Source: Macrostomum lignano (lineage: Eukaryota). From it: 64,000 nucleotides of DNA. A program made the position numbers and the translations under genes. Under the pieces are notes generated by a model. The model did not search any database. It was not told where the DNA came from and saw only the letters and a program-made list of their open reading frames with translations. Numbering within the stretch: the stretch's first letter is position 1; each line of letters opens with the position of its first letter. Location of the stretch: NCBI GenBank assembly GCA_002269645.1, contig NIVC01001849.1:144235-208234 (forward strand), read 5' to 3'. Below, piece by piece: positions 24,125 through 35,593 of the stretch.

Positions 24125-27100
24125 ATGCCACGAAAGTGGTGCTCCTGGTCATGGAGCCCGACGCATCAGGAGAGTTCACCGGAGCCGAGCCGAGTTCAAA
24201 CCAGCATCAAGTGCCTTGCAGTCGGAGACAGAGCCGTTGGCAAGTCCTCGCTGTTACTTACTTTAGCTCACGAAGGAGCAAGGCTGGTTTTTTTAATCAA
24301 ACAGAACTCATCAACCATTTTGGAACGAACAAGGAAGCTCTTCTTGCTGGATATAGGGTGCTTCGAAGGAGACTCAAACAGACAGGTGAACATTGACTAC
24401 TCCCAAGCAGATGTGCTTCTCGTATGTTTCTCTCTAGTCGGACAGGGCAGCTTTGAGAGCGTACAGACAAGGTGGCACGCTGAGTTGAGTCAACGCTGTC
24501 CAGAAATTCCAATCATTCTTGTTGGAACGAAGCTGGACCTGCGAAACGACAGCTCAACAATCGTCAGGTTAAAGGAGAGGGATCAGGCACCCATAACAAA
24601 TCAGCAGGGCATGACAATGGCAAAGAAAATCAATGCAATGAGTTACCTTGAGTGCTCCGCCCTGACTTGTGATGGTCTGACTGAAGTCATCGGCGCAATC
24701 GTAAGAAGCAGTGTTTCGGGATCTCCAAGAGATTCAGTCACAGTGGCACGGAAACCAAATCACAGAAGGTACGCTTGTCAATAAAAATTTAATTTTAAAG
24801 TATATTCTTCGATAGTAAAAGTCATGGAATCAGTAAATATTAGTAAATCTCATATTAACTGACGCGAATACTTGCATTGTAAACGTGATAGAGTGGCCAT
24901 CACATAGTTACATGTGAAAAGCGTGATTCAACTAGACAGATATGTAAAGATATTCCAAGAGAAAAGTTTCCTAAGACATAAACATCTCCAGGACCTTAGC
25001 TGAGGTTATCAGTACAAAGTTGCCATTGGTACGGTATTGCACCTGATGAATTGTTTCTTCTCAGTGATTTCTTCAAGTTACTCTGGAAACTTGCACGACT
25101 GATTTCTAGGAGGCTTCTCGGCATCAGGTCTTTCTTCCGCTCGATAAGGGAATCCTGGAAAATGAACCCAGTGTTCAAACTAAGTTATGATTTGTAAGTA
25201 ATACTCGAAGTCTTCATAAAAAATTTGCAGGCCCCTGCTATTGCCAGATATCCGCAATTGACTTTGTGCTTTCAATTTATAGTTCCATAATCGATGCACC
25301 AACTGAAGATTGCGACAATGATGACTGTGTATACGATTTACTTCAGGATGCAGCGACGGGTATTTTGACTGCGTGAGTAATCCAACCATTTTTCCTCAGA
25401 TGCAGAGCCACAGTTCAACGTTGAAAATAATCAAACACATTTTTAGTTCGGAAGCTGAACCCTGTTCGGAATACGAGATTGTTGATTCGGACGATGAATC
25501 GAACGGAAACAACGCTAGTTCGAACAATCGACACTATGAGAAGACCGAACTCAAGCACGCAGTTCAAACTGATTTTCTACAGCAGAGGGATGACCTTGCG
25601 GAGAACAGTGCTAATGGGTGAGCAGGAAATCCTTTGTAGACAGAGCCGCTGTAGCTCGTACTTCCCCCTGTAGTGTGTGTGTATTTAGGGATCAACGGAC
25701 TGGGCATAACTGTTTGTCACTGTGCTAGCTTCTGGCGTACTTGCCATGCAGAGCACAAAGCCCTAAGCTAACTAAGTTGTACAATGTAAACGCACATTTT
25801 TACAGCGAGGAGGAAAGAAAACATGCTGATTTTACGTCAACAAAAATGGACAAAGTATCGGAGCAAGAGTTAAGGCAACCAACAACAAAGCGGAAGATCG
25901 TGCTGATCGGTGACGAAGGCGTGGGCAAAACCTGTCTGATTTTGTCCCATGCCAAACGCATCTGTCCTGCTGACTATGTTCCTACTGAAGCTGACGATTG
26001 TATTCCTAGCTCGGATGGCAGCGCCGACCTCGGTCTGTGGGACCTCAGCGGCTCGAGGGACTTCGACAGAGTGCGGCCAGAGAGCTACGGACTGGCGGGC
26101 GTCATCCTCATCTGCTTTTCCATAGCCAGTCCATCCACTTTCGACAGCGTGCTTAACCGCTGGCGGCCGGAGGTGGCTCGCTACTGCCCTGACGCCCCAA
26201 TTATTTTGGTTGGGACCAAAGCAGACTTGCGGACTGACCCAGTCGCTCTGAAGAGGTTGCGACGCATGAGACTAGTCCCGATAGCTCCAACCCAGGGCGA
26301 TGACCTGGCCAAGGAGATCGGCGCTGTCGCCTATCTGGAGTGCTCGGCCTTGCATCGAATCGGAATAGACGATCTCTTTAAAAAGGCTTCACAGGTTTCT
26401 TTCAGGCAAGTTTGGTTTTCGATGATTTTTATGAATTTCTTTGCAAGTCATTCTGAAATCTAAAAAAATCAAGAATAAGCTAGAGTTGATTGGTTTGATG
26501 TTATTACGATTTCACAGAATTTTCTATATTTTCTATATCCATACACTAAAATGGTCTTTTCCGCTAGAAATATTTAATCAGGGTTCAGCTTTGAGTTTTA
26601 AAGTTTGTCTTAATCTCTGTAAGTCTTTGAACATTTGAGTTCTTAAATCTTAAGTAATCGATACTGAATCGGCCGATATAAATATCCACGACAGACAGGC
26701 AGATGATTGAATTTGAATTTTTCTGTGGTTGAATTGCACTACTGCTCAATGTGTTATGTTCGCTGGGATAAAAAAAGTGCTTTCAGACATACAAGCCATA
26801 AATCTCATATTCTATCGATACTAGATTTATTCTTAGTGTGATTATTATAGCTTTTTCCAGCCATTTTAGGGCATTTGCGCATTTAAATTAATCCTTAAAG
26901 ATGCTTCCCAAAGTAATGGAGCTTTTGTCTTTGGTACCAAGGCTGGCATGGCACTGCAGCATTAATATTGGTCCAACAGGCATCAATTTGGTCCATAGCG
27001 GCTATGAAACCCTATCACGAGTTTGTAATGCAATTTTTCACTTTACCAGTGCAAGGTGACGTCAAAAATGCAATCTGCTCAACTATAACAAAGAGCATTT

Positions 27101-28388
27101 TAGTATGGTCGAAACGTTGCTTTAATCAGAAGCCCTTGATGTTCGTTCGATAGCCTAGCGTATGGCCAACGATTCAAGACCAGATTTTGCACCTCTTCAG
27201 CAGTTGCAAATGAAGCATTGTTTTCGTCCACATTGCTTGATAGTCATGCCTAAATGAAAATCTAGGGGTGAAACTATAGAGCTATGGACCGGATTGATGC
27301 TTGTTGGACCAAATTAAATGCAGCTGTGCCATCCTTGCTACCATAGACAAAAGCTCCGTTACATTGGTAAGCATATCTTGGATTCAATTAAATGCGTAAA
27401 AGCCCAAATGAGCTGCAAAAAGCTTTATCATATTTAATCAGTATCGACTACGAACGTGAAAGAGATAAGAGATCCGCGGCACAAACACTCTTGTTTTATG
27501 CGTTTATGGATTCACTTAAGTTGATAATTAGCTAAAGCTTTCCTCTCAAATTTACCATCCAGACGGGATGACGTCTACGCACATGTATACAGCGAAGCGA
27601 AGTCCTCTCACCCTAGAGTTCCGCGGCCGCCGCCTCTGCCGCCGCATCCGAATGAATTCTACAAGGTCACATCGCCGCAGGGTCTTTGTCTTGTTGTGAA
27701 TATTTACAAATACGATAAAGGCTTCAATCTCGAAAATCGACTTGGATCCGATTTAGATGTAAAGCGAGTAGAGAGCGTCTTTCGCAAGCTCAACTTTCAG
27801 GTGACAGTGCTGGAGAATCTGAAGTGTCACGAGATTGCAAAGCTCATGAGCAAAATAGCAATCTCCGAAGAAACTGAGTCACACGGCTGCTTCTTCTGCT
27901 TTTTGATGGCCCACGGCTCAAACGGACGCATCTACGGAAGCGATGGCGAGTCTTTGGAGATTCGCTCGATCCTGGAGAGATTTCGCGCCAACCAGTGCTT
28001 CAATCTGCGTCACAAGCCGAAGGCGTTCTTCATCCAGGCATGCCGTGGAAGCGACAATGAGTCCGAGAAAGATACTCAGGTGGACAAGTTTGTCTCTGAC
28101 AACACGGGATTGCACTGTCCCTTGGACAGCGATTTCCTGTTGTGCTACGCCACAACCGAGGGCTACTCTGCCCTTCGGGACAAAGAAGGTGGTTCACCAT
28201 TCGTGCAGACCCTGTGCGATGTACTTGAAGAGCGACACTCAAGTGAGCACCTGGTGGATATCATGACTAACGTAAACTGTCGGCTCAAGGAGAACCCGAT
28301 CAAAGAGAAGAGCCAAAATTTGTATTCCGTAACCGAGACTGTCACCAGGTTGTCCAAGAAGTTTTTCCTTGATCCAACTCTCGCATGA
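24125..28388 (+). CDS. Predicted fusion gene 1: pseudo-Rho domain + atypical Rho domain + caspase, ~746 aa; join(24125..24768,25447..25617,25806..26405,27563..28388)
   Basis: Donors AG|GTACGC (24769), GG|GTGAGC (25618), CAG|GCAAGT (26406, GC type). Acceptors TTTTTAG (25446), TTTTTACAG (25805), TTTACCATCCAG (27562). All phase 2; total 2241 nt, open. Caspase motifs YKVTSPQGLCLVVN, ENRLGSDLD, FLMAHG, IQACRG (28035-28049), DFLLCYAT..SALR..GSPFVQ. Start codon uncertain. Confidence 0.7.
26847..27426. mobile_element. MITE-like element with ~150-bp imperfect terminal inverted repeats, in gene 1 intron 3
   Basis: TAGCTTTTT.CAGC..TTT.AGGGC...GGAGCTTTTGTCT...TGGTCCAACA.GCATCAAT.TGGTCCATAGC is inverted at ~27278-27426. 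Confidence 0.75.
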
Positions 28389-30239
28389 TGTTTTGTTAAT
28401 ATTTTAACGTCTGCAGTTCTCAACAAAATAGTGCGCTCGAATAGTGGAAGTTATCTGCTATTTTAATTTAGACCAATGATCACTTTGATCGTTTGGTCAC
28501 AGACTAATTAACTGATAAAGTCTTTCTAGATCTTGTGCGTTCCATTCAAGGATTGATACGAGTATATACTGCCTGATTGCTGGGGTCTGAAGACGAAAAT
28601 CTTAACTACGCAAAGCGAAGGACCTGCCCTGCCATTCACTGTTATTGGATGAAATTTCAAAAAGTTTTTTTGGAATTCTCTATGGAGTCTCGTTCCCTAA
28701 TTTAATCAGAAATTTAGTCTAGCTGAGCTATAGTCTGAGCTATAGACTTTCGTGTCTTCGATTCCAGTGTCGCCTTATTTGAAAGAATAAGGGACATCAG
28801 GGCGGAACATTTTCGTGTCGTTTGAGTGCTCATTGCTACTGAATTGGCAAAAGTACAAGATAAACACTTGGAAACTAAAATCTGCACTAACAAATGCTTG
28901 ACTCGAGTAACCAGGGTGGGCAGAACTTGTAGCTCAATTTGACCATAGACAAAATTTCTGCTTATTGTGGGGCCAAGGTTCAACTAAAATTTCATTCAAT
29001 AGCAGCGAACGGTAGGAAAAGTCGCTCACTTTGCGTAGTTAAATTTTTCGTCCCCGGACTGTCAATCCAGGTACAACTAGTACTGTTAAATCTCATCAAA
29101 CCAGGTGTTTACGATTTTTGTTGACTTGTTGACGGGCCGCTTTCAGTGTTGACGATCTCACCGCCTGCTATCTAGTTAATAAACACAGTTTTGATTACGA
29201 GCCGTGAGGATTTGCGAACCCAAGTCAATACGGTATATTGCGCATATTTTTAGTTAGCAATTAGTGAGTCAGTTTGCAGGACTCTGTTCTGACTGAATAT
29301 TGTGCTGATAATAATGAATAAATACGTATTACTTGCAGTGTGATAAGATTTTCAGTGCAATCTAGAATAATAATGAATTATTAATACGTATTTTACTTTA
29401 TGCAGTGTGATATAGACATTTTCCTATACTTGTATATTTGTTTAGGAAGCATATCTATCGAATAGGTACATGTAAACTCATCATGCTATTGTAAATGTCA
29501 GAGTTACGAGCGGACTTCGCATGTGCAAAACTTAGGCCAGGGGCTGTTCTATCCAGAAAAAAATGTCAATAAAAGTGACAGATACAAATTTTTCTTTATT
29601 GCACCTTGTCACTTCAAAAACTACAAATATACAAAACACAGCCCTGCTGATCCAAAACTTCTGCGTTGCCTGTCTGCAGTTACGAAACCGAATCGGGGTG
29701 AATTTCCAGGCCCGCATTGCAGCGGAAGCTTTTGTTGCTGGAAGCTCGACTTTGCAAAATAGGGAAATCTGGACCATGAGGAGAGAATAGTGTTGTAAAG
29801 TCTGCCATCAGCACTCTATATCGATTTTTGTCTCTTTACCAAGACATGCATGCAGCTCACTTCCGGTGACAGAATTCACTCTTCTACATGCCTCTCTATC
29901 ACAAAATGCGAGCATTAACAGTTGTATAAATGCATGGCATCATGCACAGCTGAATTCTTAAGTACACTTGGGTGTGTTGCGATAAGCTTGAATGTACGTT
30001 CGTCAAGTCGACTCGTTGTGTACATAACTGTTTCAGCGCAGAAATTGTTGCCCCAACCATTAAGGCTAAGAAATGATTAAGTGTGGATTTGCTTAGTTTC
30101 GATTTGGCTCTTGATCTACAAGCTAAAATGCCAATCTCGAAGTGAACCGTTGCTGGCGAGCCATCTAAGCAACGAATCAATTTTCCACCGTCCTTTCTAC
30201 AAAAATATCTGATGCCTATTTAGCCTCTGTTTGAGCAAT

Positions 30240-30410
30240 AGAGCCCTAACAACCCAGTTATTCTGGTTGGATCCAAGCAGAACTTCCCAGAGCGACAAGA
30301 CAACCAATAAAAATGGAGAGAGAAAAGAAGTGGACACCGATTTCTAGACGATAAGCGGAAAAAATTAGCTACTAAAATCAAACAAATATTTTAAGAGCTC
30401 CGCACCTATG
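30240..30410 (+). pseudogene. Decayed Rho-GTPase fragment (G4 region to helix 4)
   Basis: Translates as NNPVILVGSKQNFPERQD..*..KKLATKIKQIF*EL, compared with [14 protein letters not shown]...KLAKEIGA.YLEC. Confidence 0.5.
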
Positions 30411-30739
30411 AGTTTGACTACTTATAAGAGTTTGACTCAAGAGTGTTTTCAAAAGAGCCCGTTGAAAACGATACCGTGACAAGAATCGCTAAAGAGCCAT
30501 TGCAAACAACTCACTAGTGACTCTTGTGCGTCTGGGGCGACTCTTGTGACTTTTTAACAACTAAAACTGCGACGGAGAGGTGACTGTTGCATCACAAGCG
30601 CATCACGTGAGTTTTAGAATCGTAAAAGAGTCGCGAAAAAGTCGTCCAATAATCGTTGTGCTGGCGCTTAAGTTCCTACAACTCGGTAGGCTAGTTTAAG
30701 TGCAATTAGGGTTCATAGGCTAATACTGAGTGTTCCTCG

Positions 30740-31544
30740 CCCGATGAAAACGGTACCTAGGCCAAGAAGTGTCCCGGAATCACTTGCGTCGCCTCAGAGT
30801 CGTTTCCGACGTGTTGCAGATGACAGGTCAATTAGGAAAGAAGTGATTCGAAACGACTCTAAAACGACCAGATGAATTCGAGTCACATTTCCGGCGTTTC
30901 AGAGGCGTTCTGCAGTCGCATAAGAGTCGCAGAAGCTCTTCAGCGTTGCTGTAGAATCTTGAGCGCATCACTTCTGAGCCGATGAGCATGCGTTTTCTAT
31001 TCGCCAAAAAATGGCCGGTAGTAACGACTCTGTAACGCGTCCATAACGCCTACGAAGTGACGCACTAACGATTCTACAGTGACGCTAAAGCTCTTCTTCT
31101 GCGACTTTTTTGCGACTGCAGAGCGCCGCTGAACCGCCGGAAATGTGAGTCTAATTCATCAAGCGATGCAAATGCGCTTCATTCACAACTCAGCGATTAT
31201 AATGCAACTCTGGAACGCTTCAAGTATGACTCTACGTCCCCCATAATTGTTAGGCTCGTATACCGTCGCCCCAGAGTCACTAGATTCGCGTCAGAATCAC
31301 TTGCGTCGCCCCAGAATCAGAGCCGCAGACAAGCCGCAGACAAGTTTCAAAGTGATTCTGGGGCGACTCTTAGACGACTTTTTGGCGACTTTTACCGTAG
31401 ATGTCGTCGTTTTAGAGTCGTTTAGAGTCACTTCTTTTCTATTTGACCTACTCTGTATGTCATCTGCAACGCGTCTGAAACGACTCTGGGGCGACGCAAG
31501 AGACTCCGGGACGCTTTTTGGCCTGGGTACCGTTTTCATCGGGG
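30740..31544. mobile_element. Foldback/MITE-like element with nested inverted repeats
   Basis: Outer arms 30740-30871 / 31405-31544 (CCCGATGAAAACGGTACC..GGTACCGTTTTCATCGGG); inner arms 30876-30958 / 31071-31157. Related GCGACTC/GAGTCGC motifs extend to ~30470. Confidence 0.7.
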
Positions 31545-31896
31545 AGGTCACAAGGATTGTCTTAGCTATAGCGCTTCTCAAAGAATAAAGTTAGAATTAG
31601 AAATTTAATTTTAGAAACTTCGATCGTTTCACCCTATGCCACTCTTTACCGAACTATTCGTTCGGGTTCTTATTCACACTCCGTGCTTTTAGAAGAAGAC
31701 GTAAGTTTTCTGACAAGCAAACCTGGCTAGCTCCTATATAACCTATGAATCAACATTTCATTTGCATGCTACTACTCGTATAGTGTCTAAGCACTGGGAG
31801 GCCGCCTCGCCTTACTTGCCCAGCTACCTTACGCGGGCACCGTTGAGACAAAATCAGATCCTTGCCGATGGGGTATTTAAATTAACTTGACAACAG

Positions 31897-32450
31897 GTAC
31901 CATCAGGTGACATCCCCAGGGCCTAGAGCTTTGGTTATTAATCTCTGTGAATTCAATCAGAATGAATAGAGACGGCTCACAGACATGAGAGCCCGTGTGC
32001 ACGAGAATTTGAAGTGCAACTAGATTGCTGAACTACGTAAAAACTGCTTCGCACTCATCTCTAAGATTAAAGATCACGGATGCTTTTTCTGCTTCATAAT
32101 GGCTCACAGAATGCACGATCGGATCCATGGTAGTGACGGCGAGCCTCTAGAAATTCAATCCATCCTGGGCCGCTACTAAGTTAGAGAACGTACTTGGTCG
32201 ATCCGAACTACTCGATGGACAGCGAATTCTTGATGTGCTACACCAACACTGAGGACTACATAGCTTTCAGAGATGAGATCAATTTATTCAGGCCATGTGC
32301 GACCTCGAGAAGGCGCATGGAAGAGCGCATATCGGACATGCGGACTCATGTAAATAAGCGCCTCAAACCCGGACTGCGGCAGGAGGCAGCAAAGTTTTTG
32401 CAGTCTCGCAGACGGCGTTGCAGTCATCAAAGAAATGCTTTCTACATGTA
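31897..32450 (+). pseudogene. Caspase pseudogene, paralogue of the fused caspases
   Basis: YHQVTSPGPRALVINL...*; DHGCFFCFIMAHR..RIHGSDGEPLEIQ; MDSEFLMCYTNTEDYIAFRD. Has stops and frameshifts, and the QACRG segment is absent. Confidence 0.8.
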
Positions 32451-32764
32451 AATCCAACCCCTGGCTGATCTTGATGGCAGTCTCCAGTGACTCGACTCTA
32501 TTAAGTTTAAAAGCAGACTTAATTAATAAAAGCAGACTCATGTAATTCAACTCCGAAGCAATGGGTCAAGAGTTTTAATTCTAATGGTGCTCTTAATTAA
32601 AATGTTTAATTTTTAGTTTTTCCTCGGAAAGTTTTTTTTCAGAAAACTACTCGACATTCTTCGTGACGGTTGTAGACTTGCTCACTTAGTATGCTACTCG
32701 TACGAGTAGTAACTTGCAGTATATTTTCTTTGATACATAATTCTGTAAAACATAGGGGGGACTT

Positions 32765-32767
32765 GAA

Positions 32768-32845
<78 letters not shown>
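32765..32845. repeat. (TCTCTG)n/(TC)n microsatellite
   Basis: Direct reading of the sequence. Confidence 0.95.
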
Positions 32846-32847
<2 letters not shown>

Positions 32848-33243
32848 TTTTCTGCCCTCTTTTATTCTTAAACATAAATAGAAATTTCAAGCACACAAAC
32901 ATTTACCTGCTGGCCTTGATGGATGTACAGATACTATTTTGTCTACTTCTCTACTTCGCCCAATGCAGTGAAAACTCAGAGGCCCTCTTTTCATTCTTCT
33001 GCCTTTTTTGTAGTTCGCCTGCTTACCCGTCTAGACGTACACGGTGCTATCAGAATCGCGGAATTGTGCTGTCTTCTGTTTTGTAAGAGCTAAATATAAC
33101 TCCGGCCCTTTCTATCCAAATATGTACACCCGAAACATCACGGATGAGAAATAACGATGTAGAACGTTATTTAGTGCCTCCTTCGACTTGGCAGTTAACC
33201 CAGCTCTGCAAAAAAACTTGTCGGAAGTTTGATAGCAGCAATC

Positions 33244-35593
33244 ATGAGAATGATCAAATGTGTTATTGTTGGCGACTCTACCGCTGGCAAGACCTGCATG
33301 ATTGAGACCTACGTAAATGGCTCAATGCCAGACACGTTTATTCCAACAATTTACAAAACGTACTCAGCTCGGCTGCCCATGGAATCGGAGTCTATCGAAC
33401 TGGCGCTGACAGACACGGGAGGCAGTGAAGGCTACGACACTCTCAGACCAGTCGCCTATCCGCAGACAGACGTGTTTATCATCTGCCTTGACTTGACCAA
33501 GTCAGCCGAACTTGTGCTTGGCAATGTGCGTACAAAGTGGTACCCGGAGTTGAGCCACCACTGCCCCTCAGCACGCATTATTTTGGTTGGAACAAAGCTT
33601 GACATGCGAACAGGTTTGAAAATAAGCGAGACCAAGGAAGAAGATGCTGAGAAAAACCTTACAGCTGAGCAAGCCAACGAATTCGTCAAGGAAATCAATG
33701 CGGCAAAGTACATGGAATGCTCCTCAATTACTCAGCAAGGATTAAAAGAAGTGTTCGAAGAGGCCGCTCGCTTAGTTCTTAACTCTTCTGACGCTCGCAA
33801 TGGCAAAAAGAAGAAAAATGAACACCACGGGTGCGTAAAGATAGTTTCAGCCACTGTTTGAGTTCACTTGTAGGTTAAAAATGTTGTACATGTGTATCAA
33901 GAATCTTTTATAAAGGGCCAACAGAAGTGAAAGTTATCAGCAAAGAGCTTTGAAAAATAATCAAAGCTCTTTAGATTCTGGCTTGGGTACTTCTCGAGTT
34001 TTTTCACAGATTTAAAATGCACGAGCTATCAAAATGCGTGAGCGAGAACGCTTTCAAAAACAAGATCGCCACACACTACTTAACAACTTGCAATAATTTC
34101 AGAGATTCCAAGAAAGTCGTTTCGTTCCTTCATTCGCTATCGTCGTCGAGAAGGAACTCTGAAACGTCTATCAAGTAATTTGCTGGAGCACACTTTATTC
34201 CTGAAATATATTCATTAAAATATTTTGCAACAAGATTTCCAATGAACCCTTGCAGGCAAAGTGTTCTTTCCGATGGTGGAACCAAAGATTCCGAGACCGA
34301 AACTTCACCTGATGAGCCGAGCATTAAGTAAATACTCTAGCTCCTCTTCTGGAGTAATTTTTGTTTTAAAATTCTGTTAGAATTCTTTTTAATTAGCCAC
34401 TAATACGAGTTTTTTGCACGAGCTTATTTAAAAAAACTTGCAGATCTCCATCATCGATTAAAGCCTTTTTCCGCGGTTTACGCCCTGGGAAAACATACTC
34501 GTACAATATCGCATCGTACGACTGTTTCTTAAATTTGAAATTATTCAGAATAATAGCATTCCTTGCCAAAACCAGAGCAGTGGAAAATGTATCCCATATG
34601 CTCATATTTTTTAGACAACAGAAGTCGCACGATAAGAAAACCAAAGCTTCGAGTGAAACTTGCGAGCCAGCGGACACTTCATCCGCTGAAGTTTTGGATC
34701 AGCCCCAACAGCCTGCTTCGAGGTAAGCTTTTTCTAACTGGAACTCAAGCTATGAAGGATTGCAGACACAGTTATCTGTCTACGGGAATGCGTAATCTTC
34801 CCTCTTAACAATGTCTTGCAGTACACAAGAAGCCGTGAGTCCCGAGCTCAGCGAAGACGAGCAGCCGACATCCGAAACAGAAAGTGACGACGAAAGCTCG
34901 GACACGGAGTCCGCCAGTGCTCAGCGAGAGCCAGTCTCGGAAAACCTCAGAGAGCCTAGTTCTCGAGTTGATTATCCGGAAACTATTGTCGTGTTTCGAA
35001 CCGCCGAATCAAAGACGAAGAGTGACACAATAACATTAAAAGTCGTCATAGTTGGAGATGAAGCGGTTGGCAAGACCAGTCTGCTGACCGCATTCGCAGA
35101 GGACCAGTGTCCTCAGGAGTATGTTCCCACAGAGACCGACGACTGCTTTGCCGTGGAGGGTTCACTGGCTGGAAGCCAACTGTGTCTCCGCTTGTGGGAC
35201 GTGAGCTGTGCGGAGTCCTTTGACCGCTTAAGGCCTCTGCGGTATCGCCAATCAGATGTGTTTATCATCTGCTTCTCCCTCATCAATTCTGCTAGTTTCG
35301 AGAATGTACGGGCCAAGTGGTACCCGGAAGTGAGCCGTCATTGTCCTGAAAAGCCATTTATCCTGGTCGGAACGAATTCCGATCTGCGCGATGACCCAGA
35401 GACCATCGACAAGCTGGAGGAAAGGAATCTCGTTCCAATCAGCGTGACTCAGGGCGAGCAGTTGGCTAAAGAGATCGGTGCTGAAGTGTATCTAGAGTGC
35501 TCCGCTCTGTGTAGAACAGCTGTGGAAGACATCTTTAGACAGGCGGTATTGGCTTCCGTGAGAAAAACAGAAAGCAAAAATCATCACGGGTAG
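33244..35593 (+). CDS. Predicted gene 3: tandem double Rho-like GTPase with acidic Ser-rich linker, ~536 aa; join(33244..33830,34103..34174,34256..34327,34615..34722,34822..35593)
   Basis: Donors GG|GTGCGT, AA|GTAATT, AA|GTAAAT, AG|GTAAGC; acceptors ATTTCAG, CTTGCAG, TTTTTTAG, TCTTGCAG. All phase 2; internal exons of 72, 72 and 108 nt are open; total 1611 nt. No CAAX. May continue from GG|GTAGAT at 35590. Confidence 0.7.

Noticed and set aside
25347-25372. Micro-exon in gene 1
   Set aside because: Phase 0 start is incompatible with the phase-2 upstream donor, and no bridging exon was found.
29523-29790. Degenerate P-loop region of the fossil GTPase
   Set aside because: RCLSAVT..GEFPGP resemblance is too weak; no GxxxxGK.
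32639-33086. ERER/SLSL ORFs
   Set aside because: Translation of the TC microsatellite.
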